Shown: positions 40,229 through 51,360 of the stretch, piece by piece
Numbering within the stretch: position 1 is the stretch's first letter
How the letters are laid out: every line of letters begins with the position of its first letter
Assembly: GCF_963676685.1 (NCBI RefSeq)
Contig: NC_092353.1
Span: 42,098,001 to 42,162,000 of the forward strand
Origin: Mytilus edulis
Taxonomy: Eukaryota
Direction: 5' to 3'
Length of the DNA: 64,000 nucleotides
Position numbers and translations under genes: made by a program
Notes under the pieces: generated by a model
The model's database searches: none
What the model was told of the DNA's origin: nothing
The model's input: only the letters and a program-made list of their open reading frames with translations

Positions 40229-40812
40229 ATAATACGCAATCGGACACCTCTGCGTGCGCATTGATTCAGCTGTATTATTTGCAAGTACAAACATAAGAAT
40301 AAGATTTACAACATAGTTTTAAGGAATTGTTCTTCATGCGAAAATTGGTAGTTAATTTACATGATTCATACAGAAAATGAAACTATGAGAAAATACATTG
40401 CCGTAACACCTTTACAAGAAAGGTAAACAGATGAAAAAAATATTTCACTTCCAGAATTTCGCACAATAGACATTTTGATTACTGGATAATCATCGTCATC
40501 ATTTAGAACCTATGTTCATTTGTACACATATGACTTGGAGATTGATATTTCAGCTGATGAAATTCCTACCCTTTATACTTTTTAAACAGTTTAAAATTGA
40601 CCGATGATATCACTAAAATAGTCGAAAACTGTCACACAAGTGGATATAAGTATGCAACATGTATCATGCTTTACAAAAATATGTATTAAAAAACAATCTA
40701 CGCAATCTTATTCGTATTTGCTTCTAATACTATTTTCCAGTACCTTACAAAATACTCAACTGATTCTCAGAACTGCACTATCAAAATAGTTATTTCAATC
40801 CTTTTTAACATA

Positions 40813-41644
40813 TACTGAGCCAAAAAAGTTTAGCAACACTTTTGTTTCTCAATTTTTCTTTTGTTGTTTCAGAATTTATTTTTTTTAAACATCATTGATA
40901 TAATCCTTTGTTTTACCTGTAATTTTAAACAGTCTTACTTTTTTCTGGATGATTGATTTCGCGCCATTTTAGCTTTCCACGTGTAATTGATGTTTTACCT
41001 TCTGAACCTGTACTTTAAAAACAATTTGGTTTTTTTTCCACTAACGTTCAGAAACACACAATTGGTAAGAAAAACACAAAAAAAGTTTGAAAAAATTGCA
41101 TGGGGCGTCAACCTGGCCTCCCCGAAAATAACAGTCAGAAGACTATTGAAATGGTAGATGCCAGAATGAGTGTTTCTGATGTCGTGGCTTGATTAAATGT
41201 GCATTAGCCAACTGTTTAGAGACTAACAAACAGATATCGACAAATTGCAACAACACGGGATAGGTCAATATGTCGTAGACCAAGAAAAACTTTCGTCAAG
41301 GGAGGAGCGCTACTTTCGCTTTACAGCAACACGTGATAAGTTTTTTTCCGGCCACAAGAGTAGTGCATTGACTAAGGGCAGCTGCTGGTGTGCCTGACAA
41401 TCCTTCAGTGATGCACTTAGGGCATGTCCGAGAAATTCATTTTGAATAACACTATACTCATTTTCGCATTTTGACCCTCTCGCGCTCCATACAAAGAAAA
41501 TCCTAATCAATGTGAGTGATAAACATTCATGTTGCTTCTGACATGTCATAATTTCATTTTTTTATTATGAAAATCAAATGTTGTTACAATTTTGTAATAA
41601 AATAATATTTCATATTTTTGTTGCTAAACTTTTTTGGCTCAGTA
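40813..41644 (+). mobile_element. Tc1/mariner internally deleted element
   Basis: TIR TACTGAGCCAAAAAAGTTTAGCAACA with TA TSD. ~41138-41345 translates to a decayed Tc1 HTH region (IEMVDARMSVSDVVA*LNVH*PTV*RLTNRYRQIATTRDRSICRRPRKT). Confidence 0.88.
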
Positions 41645-44184
41645 TATATAAACTCAGTTGCCTGTTTGTGAAATACAGGCTTTCATAAACACCGATGGGT
41701 TTTCACGAGGTCAATAAGGTCAATGAAGAAGTAGTTAAAGGAAGTAGTTCACACACTTACAATTACACAACCATCAAAACGAAAAATAGGTAGGTTACAC
41801 ATCGATTAGTAAACATGTAAGAAGCGGCGTATCTAACATACTTCCATTTAAAAAATGTCAAGTTAATAGCCGATATACAAAAGATGCTGTTAAATGAGCT
41901 AACATAGCATATATATCAATTTGAAAGACAGTGTATTGAAAACATCGTTACCAATGATAAATATTGTATATGAAATGTATTCACGAAACGTTCTCAAGAC
42001 CAATATTGTTTTTGAAATTGTTTTTCACTGTAAATCCTTAGTTTTTTGAAAAATTCAATGTTTTGTAACAGGAAATTTATAAACATGTCCATATAATTGA
42101 TACTCATGTCATTAGATAACAACTGCCATATTCTTGACTTGAAAAATGTCATTTTAAGAAAAATGGTGGTTGATCCTGGATTGGTGGCTGGTCAAACCTC
42201 GCATTATGGCAATGTTTAAAAATACCGCTAAAATGATAACATTACATCATGTACATGACAGAAATGCAGTACAAATCAATGCAAGGACACTCAGGACAGA
42301 GAAATGCATAAATTTATAATATTATAATACATTTCGACATGTTAACCACAGAATATATATAAACGTAAATATACATAGCGACAAATCATAGCACTATAAC
42401 TTATCTGATACACGTACTCTGTGATTACTATATATCATTTCAACGATCTAGTCAACATCGACAACAAACTCGAACATTTTTTACCTCGCGACCAACAATC
42501 ATTGGCGGAAATATTATTTGTCAAAAATACGTTACATAGTCGTAATAAATATAACAATACGTTCATATGGGACTTCGTTTAGTATAAATACATGCAATGG
42601 TTTAATGATTTGGATATAAGAGAGGCAAAAAATACAAATGAGACATTCAATTTTATAAGTCAAAAAATAAACTTACAACGCCATGACACACAGAGAAAAG
42701 AACCAACAGACAAATATACAAAACACAACATACAAAATTAAAGAATAAGCAACAAGATCTCGTGCCAAAATTTAGTTCTAATTACATGAAACTTATGTCA
42801 TATCACTGTAACATTATTGTCATTATGTTAATCAGAGATGGCACAAGTATTAGCAAAACCTGGAGACGTAAGACATGGGTTTTCTCACTATAATTCATTC
42901 AACTATGATTTTGGACGCATTACTGGAATAGCAGCTACCAGAAAGTGAAGCTTATGTGACTCTGATAATAAGAATCGTATTTTAGTTGATTCTTCAGAAA
43001 AGACTCTTTGTGTAGACAATGAGCCATATGATTTGACTATTACAAGTCAAAATATCGGATTCATTACTCTCCCCAATACCAGATCTCTTTTACTAAATGA
43101 TCCTGAAAGAATGGTGATATTCTTTAAGGCAACATGTGACGAACTAAATACTAATGTGTTGTGTGTATCAGCCATCCCTAATACAGGAGAAGAAGAAATT
43201 TCAAACTTTGCATGTTTTCTTGGCATAAAAAGACACGGTTCATTTTACGCACTCCCCTTCTTTAAAATATGACGAGGAAATGTAATTATTTATTTACAAA
43301 ATGTATGGTATATGCAGACACTTGTTTATAATGCTCCAAGTATACATATACTAACATGAATCCTGTAGATGTACACGGCATTCCCTAAATATTTATCAGC
43401 TAAATATAAACTTGTATAAAAAAACTTGCCTTTTACGAAAGTCTGTACAGTGTGAATAAACACAAACCTAACAGTCTAAATGCGCCATACAAAGGCACAA
43501 AGAGACGTTTACTGCTAAGACAAGGAAGTTGATGTTGGAGAGCTTGAATAATCACATGCATGTGTCATAGATTCTAGTTTGTAGTCGTCTATCTATATAA
43601 ATGTTGAAATAAAAATAAAACTATGAATCAGATCTTCTAGTAGTGAGCACTTCGGTGTTGAAATGAATATAAATTGTATGGCCATTTTTATAATTAACTA
43701 CTTACAAAAGTATGAATCATTAGAAATACTAAGGATTTTCTTATCCCATGCGCATATATTACCTTAGCCGTATTTGGCACATTTTTTTAAATTTGGGGTC
43801 CTCAATGTTCTTCAACTATATACTTCTTTGGTTTTCGAACTATTTTGATCCGAGCGTCATTGGTGCGTCTTATGCAATAAATTATAAAACGTGTTGTTTT
43901 CCATTTTTTACATCACTTGGTCGATACCTCTGCTGGTGGACTATCAGTCCCCGAGGGTATCATCAGCTCAGTAGTCAGTGCTTCGGTACTGACATGATTT
44001 AACAAACTTTACTAAAATTGTCTGTTAATAAATCTTTAAATTATTATGAAACTAAGGTTTCAACTCCCTCAGGCAAAGTTGGCTTTAGATGAATTTGGCT
44101 ATTTATTTTAGGTATTTTTGACATAAAGCTCTTCAACGATTTTCGGTACTTATACATCTTCGGATTTCAAATGTTTGGCTTTGA

Positions 44185-44226
44185 GCGTTCCTGATGAAGG
44201 TAAAACCAGAAAAGCGCTTCGGACGC
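44185..44226 (+). ncRNA. Minimal type I hammerhead, family B copy 1
   Basis: GCGTTC-CTGATGA-AGGT(AAA)ACCA-GAAA-AGCGCTTC^-GGACGC; palindromic stem III AAGCGCTT; UUC triplet. Confidence 0.78.
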
Positions 44227-44535
44227 AATAAATTATAAAACGTGTTGTTTTCCATTTTTTACATCACTGGGTCGATACCTCTGCTGGTGGACTATCAGTC
44301 CCCGAGGGTATCATCAGCTCAGTAGTCAGTGCTTCGGTACTGACATGATTTAACAAACTTTACTAAAATTGTCTGTTAATAAATTTTTAAATTATTATGA
44401 AACTAAGGTTTCAACTCCCTCAGGCAAAGTTGGCTTTAGATGAATTTGGCTATTTATTTTAGGTATTTTTGACATAAAGCTCTTCAACGATTTTCGGTAC
44501 TTATACATCTTCGGATTTCAAATGTTTGGCTTTGA

Positions 44536-44577
44536 GCGTTCCTGATGAAGGTAAAACCAGAAAAGCGCTTCGGACGC
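44536..44577 (+). ncRNA. Minimal type I hammerhead, family B copy 2
   Basis: Identical to 44185-44226. Confidence 0.78.
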
Positions 44578-44886
44578 AATAAATTATAAAACGTGTTGTT
44601 TTCCATTTTTTACATCACTGAGTCGATACCTCTGCTGGTGGACTATCAGTCCCCGAGGGTATCATCAGCTCAGTAGTCAGTGCTTCGGTACTGACATGAT
44701 TTAACAAACTTTACTAAAATTGTCTGTTAATAAATTTTTAAATTATTATGAAACTAAGGTTTCAACTCCCTCAGGCAAAGTTGGCTTTAGATGAATTTGG
44801 CTATTTATTTTAGGTATTTTTGACATAAAGCTCTTCAACGATTTTCGGTACTTATACATCTTCGGATTTCAAATGTTTGGCTTTGA

Positions 44887-44928
44887 GCGTTCCTGATGAA
44901 GGTAAAACCAGAAAAGCGCTTCGGACGC
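44887..44928 (+). ncRNA. Minimal type I hammerhead, family B copy 3
   Basis: Identical to 44185-44226. Confidence 0.78.
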
Positions 44929-47232
44929 AATAAATTATAAAACGTGTTGTTTTCCATTTTTTATGAAGACGTAACGCGCGTCTGGCGTTTCAGATTATAA
45001 AACTGGTACCTTTGATAACTACTACTTGTAATAGTATTCTAATAGTAATTAGAAATACACTTATATATAGAGAGATTTAATCACTCACAAAATAGTGGTT
45101 ATCTCTTATGTTATCTCCATTGTGTCAAATGTCCGAATTTATCATCGGAATATTAGTTTAGCTATCATTATTTAAATTGATGAATGCTACACCAGCTTTT
45201 AAGAATATAGTTCCAAAAATGATGTATTACATTATAGTCTTGTTGCAATTTTTCATTAGTATCTTAAATCCCAGCTGACAGATATGAGAAGACAATTTTG
45301 AGGATTTTTTAAATACATTCAATATGTTGTATGTCATGCAATCCGGCTCTGTTTAAAGCTTTTAAATAGCTCATTTCAAAATTACAAAACAAATGAATTA
45401 TTTTGTGTAGCCTTCGCTACATATGTGTACTCTATTTTTGATTGATAGAAATCGGATGGAACTTATGTAAAACAAACATGAATGTATTAAAATTAAAACA
45501 GGTGTCCCTAAAGTATATGTGTTTGTGCTGTATTTTTGTTTCAATCTTTCATATCTGTTTGAATTGATATAATCTAAATCATTAAATTGATATTTTACCG
45601 TTGATTAAACCAAAGTTGTGATTGAAAAACAAAAATAGTGTAACTTTTATTGCTGTGATGAAAACGAAATGTCAGAAAAGTTGTAAAAAGGACAATGTGT
45701 ACAGGTTCAACAAAGAGAAATATCAACCATTTGGAGTGAAACCATTTTCATATATCCATAAATGGGCATCATATCAATAAAAAATTCACGATAAGATAGT
45801 CCTTTTTTGTTCTGTTGACATAATTTTGTCTAAGTCTGTTCATGTCAATCATTTTATAAAAATGTAAGTTCATCTTCATCATGAATGAAGAGAATCGAGA
45901 CGAACAACAGATAGTGAAATTGCAAAAATAACGGCCTGCTACAAATAATTCCACCGAACACGATCTATTGGGCTATAAACATGATAAAGGAACAAGGATT
46001 TTTTACCTAATTATGAGAATACCATACAGTTGTATATCACCATTATAATTATAAATCAAAACATGAATTCCTGTTGAAATATGGATTAAATCCAAGTGTG
46101 CCTCCAATAAAAAAAAACAATCGTACAGTTCACGACTTCCAGCATCAATTATAAAAAGTTGTTATATGTTTCTCAACCTATTCAGGTAATGGCTTACATA
46201 CTTCTAAGTAAATTGTTATTGTCCAGGACTGGGTTGCACAAACGTCTATTAAGTTAATAGACTATTAACTTCTAATAGACTATTAAATATCTAATTGACA
46301 ATTAGTTAATAGAGTGATTTAATAGCATTGCACGAATCACTTTTAAGGATACTATTAACTAATAGACAATTAAGTGACTATTAACATTTTAATAGACAAT
46401 TAAGCTCCATTTAATTCTGCGATTTTCATCAATTTTTCACAACGTCATTACGATTTTCATCATTTTCACGACGTCATCATGATTTTCACGATTTTCATCA
46501 ATTTTTCATGACGTCAACACGATTTCAGCGATTTTCATCAATTTTTCATGACGTCAACACGATTTCAGCGATTTCGTCATTTTTCAACGGGGTTGTGTTC
46601 AACATCGAAGCAAAAAAGCTAAATAATGCTACGTAGATTTATGACTATTGAACGTGTGGCTAACCTAGCTGCTATCAATATCTACGAAGCTGCTAGGCTA
46701 GTTACACGTTTAATAGTCATACATATACGTAGCCGCTAATATATTGAACGCAACCCTGGGTCTACTTTCAATTGACACCAAAACATGTCCAATTCCAAAA
46801 TACAAGAAATTGCATATGTTGTATTGAAAAAGATAGAAAAGTCTCGAAAAACGAGGGGAATAGGGGAATAAAAAAGCATTAGTCTTAAATTTCATTATGT
46901 TACTAATTTAAATATAAAGTTTATTGTCGACGTCTACAAAAGAAAATTGACAACTGCAGCCTGCTATATTTATATCTTCCATTTCGAGAGTCTGACCCAA
47001 TCTAAATCGATTTTTCACTTCGTTTATGGAAGGTTGGGAACTCGAATAAATTACTATAGTACAGTATTTGGCACAATCGTGGTAAAATCAGAATTTTTTA
47101 ATCTCCCATGAGATAAATTTAGCCGCTAATATATTTCAAACAAGATACAAGAAATTGCTTGTGTCGTCATTGAAAGAGATTAAAAATTCTCGTAAAAAAT
47201 ACACGAGGGGAGAAATTAAGTATCACAAATCG

Positions 47233-48894
47233 GGGCAGCCCCGTTATTCAGATGTCCCATTAGTCCGACACCCCATTGGTCCGACAACCCAATAGTCCGA
47301 CGCCCCATTAGTCCGACACCCCATGATAGTCCGATACCCCAAATAGTCTGACATGAAATAATTCACAACTTAAAAAAAAAATATTTTTTTTTATTTCAAG
47401 AGAATAATCCCATCAGTCAAACCTCCTGATAGTCCAAAAAATAATAATACAAGTAACATATCATAAAGTACTTACAATATTTCAATTTTGCGTGATGTCC
47501 AGTGGCAAATATTACTGACATGCATGTTCAGTCCGAGAACAATCAGTTGACAGTAAAAAAAATTTAGATAGGCCCTGTAATAGTTGCCATCCGGTATGAA
47601 AAACGGCCAATGACACTTGAACTGCCACTGGACAATGAAAGTACATACTAGTATTGAATAGAAACCGCCGCGAATTTGCCTTGCAGCAGGCTCAGGCAAT
47701 TTATCACGGTTGGTTGGTAGATATGTTTATATAGGTGAAAGTGGTCGGATATATTCACCCCTAAAAATAAAGAATGAATGAGACGCGGTGTAGCGAACAT
47801 TTTGTCAAACTAAATAAGCTTTGTGAAGCTTTATCGAATAACAAACATGAAGATACACAGCTATGTATCTCTCCCAAAGCAGGGAAATTAGTAAGTTAAG
47901 GCTCCAGTTAGGCTTTACCGCTTAGACGATTGTATGCGAGATGCTTAGTTTAGTGTACAGAATTATTTTGAGATGAACATTAGTTTAGTTAGTCTATATA
48001 TACAACAATGTTTATACACTACTTAATTGAAGAGTGAATTATTTAAAGTTAATACGCGGTTCGTTGAACTATAAAGACAGTGGTAAACCAAATAGAACTT
48101 TGTAAAGTTTGCCGCGTTCTCTGTGAAGAATCTGTTAGAATAAGTTTACAACAGCAAAAAATGCTCGTAAATCGGAATAAAACTAGCACCTTATGTTGTG
48201 AGTGTCAAAAGAGGTGGTGTTGGTTGCTAGAGTAATTTTTGTGTCGCATGTTTGCATGTGTTGTTTAACACTATATAAGGTATGGGAGAATCTGCATTCA
48301 AAATATTTTTTTTCATCTGCTTGACCAGAAATATTTTTTCCCATCAAATTGGGGATCAGAATATTTTTTTTTGGAAAAAACCATAACCCCCTTGAAGTTA
48401 AATGGTCATTCCCTGATCACGTGAACATTTTTCTTTATGAAGAGAGACTGCACTGCTGATGACATTTCTTTTTTTTTAGTAGAATGTGTTCCCATTTTCT
48501 TATGTATATATATACCAAAACTTGCAAAGTTTTCAGTTTCTTTATATGCATATAGTCATGGTACTTCTTTGATAGTTATACCCGATAGGTGGCATGCTAA
48601 AATCTGTTCTACCAAGGGGTGTCTGGATTGGGGAAGAGGGGGTCTTTCATATATGTATTCTTTAAAATGTTTGCCATTTTTTCTATTCTTTATACTTTTG
48701 GCCCATTATTTTAGGATCTCATTTTTCTTTATTCTTTAACCTCCCCCCTCATTATTCTCTATTCTGTAAATCCACATCAACACCCTCATGAAGCTTTACT
48801 CATGAAGTATATTTTCTATTACGGCAGTTATTAACCTTTGTCGGACTTTTGGGGTGTTGGACCAGTGGGGTGTCGGAATATCTGAGTGATCCCC
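47233..48894. mobile_element. Nested TIR element with TAGTCCGACACCCC subterminal repeats
   Basis: Repeats at 47260-47350 and inverted (TCGGAC...GGGGTGTCGGA) at 48840-48894. Confidence 0.5.
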
Positions 48895-49070
48895 AAAAGT
48901 CCAATAATTGTTTATGTTATTATGAACCCTATCCCATATGTCAATATCAGATATTTGTTTGAAGTTTATACCCAAGATATACAAAAGTGTCGGATAGTTT
49001 CGTGTCATCTATTTTACAGTTTTCAGTTGCATACAAAATGTTAGATATGTATTATTGGTTATAAATATTA

Positions 49071-49900
49071 TGGATAATATACACTATGCCATCTTTATTT
49101 AAAAAAAAAACTAAATTAATTCACTGTTGTAATATATCAAAATTATCACGTAGTTTCTCTTTATGTCCTACGAATAAAAATGTATGGTATTGTGCACTGT
49201 TCTGTTATTTGTGTTTCTTAGTAATCATAAAAATGTTAACTTGGCATGCCATACTTGATTGAAATGCGGACGTGAAAGAAAGCACTCTTTATCAAAACGT
49301 CAATGGAGATTACATTTACACATTCTTCTTTTATACATCGTATTTCAGGGAAAATGTGTATTAATTTTCAATGTGACACCAATATCGATCTGCTGAATGT
49401 AGAAATTTACGAAGAAAAACTACTGCTGTAATTTAAAACTGCCATATTTGTTATTGCATAGCAAAGACTAGTTAAATCATTGACAATATTATAATATTGA
49501 CCTAGTCCAAATAATTATGACGTCTGGCAAGGCTATTTTATTTTTTTTCTGGGACGCCTTCCATTGACCCAATATTGTTATCGTACGATGCAGTCCGGTG
49601 TATCCGCGCATTACAGAATTATTTTGAGAAGAACATTATAGTGTTTAGTTTGTTTATGGACAATATACACCATGCCATCTTAAATAATAAAAAAAAAAAT
49701 CAAAATTATCACGTAGTTTCTCTGATCTCCTACGAATAACAATGTATGTTATTGTACGTTATTGTGCACTGTTCTGTTATTCATTTCTCAAATCTGTAGT
49801 AATCATTAAAATGTTAACTCGGCATGCCATACTTAATAGAAATGCGGACGTGAAAGAAAGCACTCTTTATCAAAGCGCCAACGGAGATTGCACATTCTTC
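49071..49900 (+). repeat. Imperfect local direct duplication (~250 bp; 49071-49330 and 49657-49900)
   Basis: Shared blocks such as AAATTATCACGTAGTTTCTCT and GAAATGCGGACGTGAAAGAAAGCACTCTTTATCAAA. Confidence 0.8.
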
Positions 49901-50917
49901 ACCCCTGTTATAAAAGGTTTTCAAATGTCCAATGCTTTCGTCCATGCATGCCTTCTAAAAATTGTTAATTTTGGAGAATGGATTTTATACTAAGAAATAT
50001 ATTTGATCATATTTCAGTTTTAACAAAGCATACTTCGAAGGATGTGGGCAAAAGTTTTTTTCTTCAGTTTAATATGACACTTGTTGTATTGAAAATAAAA
50101 CCATTGTTTCCCTAAATAGTCTAGATTCACAATGAAATTGGTTAATCATAAAAAAAAAACAATTATATCTTCATTTATGCTTCAAAAACTTATCAATTTT
50201 TATCTTTTCTTTCTATTATTATTTTAATAATAACAAAAACAATTCTTTTTGTGACGAAATCATACAATGTGGGATATCGATCATCGGCTGTGCGAGGCTC
50301 TCAGTCCGTCAAGTCATCGAGTTGAGAAGCCTGTCACGGTATTTTTCGGCTGATTTTGAGGTACAAGTAATCCAAGCACTTGCATGGCATCCATTTTAAA
50401 TGTACAATTAAGGACTTAATAGCGCTCCTTCGTTCAATTAAATTTAATAGTGAGTTAATAAACTATTAACGTTAATCAAATTTTGTGCAACGCAAGTAAT
50501 AGACTATTAAATCTAAGTGTACTTTTAATAGACTATTAACTTTAATAGACGTTTGTGCAACCCAGTCCAGGATATAACCTAAGCACAGTAAACTTTGAAA
50601 TTGAACTGTTGACTTGTGTTTCATGGCGAGTTAGTTGTGATGCACTTGTTTAATGTTGTCATTTTCGGCAAACTCATTACAGCATCCAAAAACTATAAAT
50701 TCGCCATTTTGAAAACATAAAAACGCAAACTAATCAATGATAAATTTAACAAACTTAAGAATTAAACAGAACAATAAATATGGCTGTATTTTATGAAAGG
50801 TAAAACACTAAAATAATATAAATGTACCTTATTACGGCATGTATTCATCATGTAACGTTTACATATCATCAGATATATGTATTAAAAGATTTACTTCAAC
50901 ACTTACTGTTGGTTCTC

Positions 50918-51360
50918 TATAAAAGAGGGTCGAAATATAACAGATGGACAGTCAAACTCATAAATCGAAAATAAACTGACAACGCCATGGTTAAAAGTGA
51001 ACAAGATAAATAGACAAACAATAGTACACATGACACAACATAGAAAACTAAAGAATAAGCAACACGAACCCCACCAAAAACAAGGGTGATCTCAGGTGCT
51101 CCGGAAGGGTGAGCAGATCCTGCTCCATATGTGACACCCGTCGTGTTGTTCATGTTATAACAAATCCGGTAAATAGTCTAATTCGGTAGGTCATTTTCAT
51201 GAAAGGGAAGGGGATTGTAGTTACGACATACGGAACAAATCCGATATCATCTGTGAATCGGTTATTCCATAACGGTAAACCAACTCGTGATGGCGTCCGA
51301 AATTTACGAAGGGATGATTTCAACTTCACCACTTGGAACTCTTGGTTTAATAGCTTCCTA
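50918..51360 (-). mobile_element. 3' end of another Penelope-like retroelement family
   Basis: Minus strand KLLNQEFQVVKLKSSLRKF-GRHHELVYRYGI resembles the C-terminal tail of invertebrate PLE-type RT ORFs, followed by a 3' module whose fragments recur at 42620-42760 and 53440-53620. Confidence 0.6.

Larger units (their letters stand above)
43875..44960 (+). repeat. Tandem array of 351-bp hammerhead-containing units (non-LTR retrozyme, family B), 3 full copies + 33 bp
   Basis: Unit starts at 43875, 44226, 44577 and 44928. Copies differ at only a few positions. One hammerhead per unit. Confidence 0.93.
43637..45022 (+). mobile_element. Family A retrozyme copy (43637-43874 + 44961-45022) interrupted by the family B array
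   Basis: Hammerhead halves GCGTCATTGGTGCGTCTTATG and TTATGAAGACGTAACGCGCGTCTGGCG lie on either side of the array. Confidence 0.7.
46227..50567. mobile_element. Harbinger-type non-autonomous DNA transposon (4.3 kb)
   Basis: TIR GACTGGGTTGCACAAACGTCTATTAA / TTAATAGACGTTTGTGCAACCCAGTC; CAG on both sides (46224-46226, 50568-50570); repeated subterminal TTAATAGACTATTAA palindromes. Confidence 0.82.

Noticed and set aside
43270-43272. A further in-frame TGA in copy 3
   Set aside because: It results from a +1 A frameshift; TAT GAC GAG GAA AT|GT matches copy 4's TAT GAC AAT GCC AT|GT.
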